In this document: positions 63,191 to 64,000 of the stretch, piece by piece
Position numbering within the stretch: position 1 is the first letter of the stretch
Layout of the letters: every line of letters starts with the position of its first letter
Origin: Hydrolagus colliei
Lineage: Eukaryota
Assembly (NCBI GenBank): GCA_035084275.1
Contig: CM068771.1
Location: 2,170,001 to 2,234,000, forward strand
DNA length: 64,000 nt
Reading direction: 5' to 3'
Position numbers and translations under genes: made by a program
Notes under the pieces: model-generated
Told to the model about the DNA's origin: nothing
Database searches by the model: none
What the model saw: the letters and a program-made list of their open reading frames with translations, nothing else

Positions 63191-64000
63191 ACCCATACCT
63201 CTCCCTCCTTCCACACCTTCGAAACTCCCCCCCACCATCCCACAACTCCTCTGTCATCACAACCATATCATCTATGTAGCCCACTCCCTGCTCTCTTGAA
63301 CCCATGCCCACTACTCTCCTTACCTCCCAGATGCACCTCCTTAACCCCTACTCTCTAACTCCATCAATCTCTCCCTTTCATCCAGTAACATTCCCAACCC
63401 CCACGAAACAGCCAGAATAGAACAAAAAAATTACATTGATAGAGCCCTTTCACGTTGGGATGGTGTCCGAAGGGACTGAACAACCTCATCCTGAAGAAAC
63501 TTTCCCTGGACGCAAACCCTCTCTCCAACAACTGGCCCATCTCCAACATTGCTTTTCTTTCCAAGCTCCTTGAATGAATCGTTGCTTCCTAGCATCGATC
63601 TTTCCGTTCCTACCACTCCCTCTATGAGCTTCTACAATCAGATTTCCATCCTCGGAGTAGCACAGCAGTCAAGGTCACAATTCTGTCCTTCTTTGACCTG
63701 TCTCCTCGTCCTCCTCGATCTCTAAGCCAACATTGATACCATGAGCCACTGATTTCTCCTGCACCACCTCTCACCTCAACCTTCAAGATTCTATCCCTTT
63801 GACTGGTTCAGATCCTACCTGTCACATTTCCCATCTCCACGTTTTCTCCACGTGTCTCATGCTCTGTTCCTCAGGTCTCTGGCATTGGACCCTGCGCTTC
63901 AACCTCTACAATCTGTTGATGATATCATCCGCAGAATTTGGTAAATTCCCAAAAGTATTGGGATCACACTCTACTCTATCTCTCGGTGTCCACCATCGAT

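Overview
Repeat-rich vertebrate genomic DNA, probably from a cartilaginous fish. This is inferred from DeuSINE-like tRNA SINEs with L2 tails, abundant CR1/L2, shark-type TRIM and GPR139-like sequence; elephant shark is plausible but unverified. There are three N-gaps. Genes reconstructed by hand from splice sites and phases: (1) a minus-strand multi-C-type-lectin gene with a signal exon and four single-exon CTLDs, two from a very recent ~1.04-kb duplication; (2) a plus-strand C2H2 zinc-finger gene with 8 intact fingers, a decayed tail and a CCAAT-rich promoter; (3) a minus-strand KY-like transglutaminase-family gene with six phase-compatible exons and an intact Cys-His-Asp triad; (4) an orphan PRY-SPRY exon with an inverted pseudogene copy; (5) a near-complete, non-classical-looking MHC class I gene; (6) the RING/B-box exon of a TRIM gene, head-to-head with the class I gene. 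The class I + TRIM/B30.2 + C-type lectin + ZNF assembly recalls MHC-type regions. Also present: three TIR DNA transposons, a Penelope-type hammerhead relic, a GPCR fragment and a CR1 with an internal inverted duplication. Repeat boundaries are approximate; exon boundaries were counted by hand.
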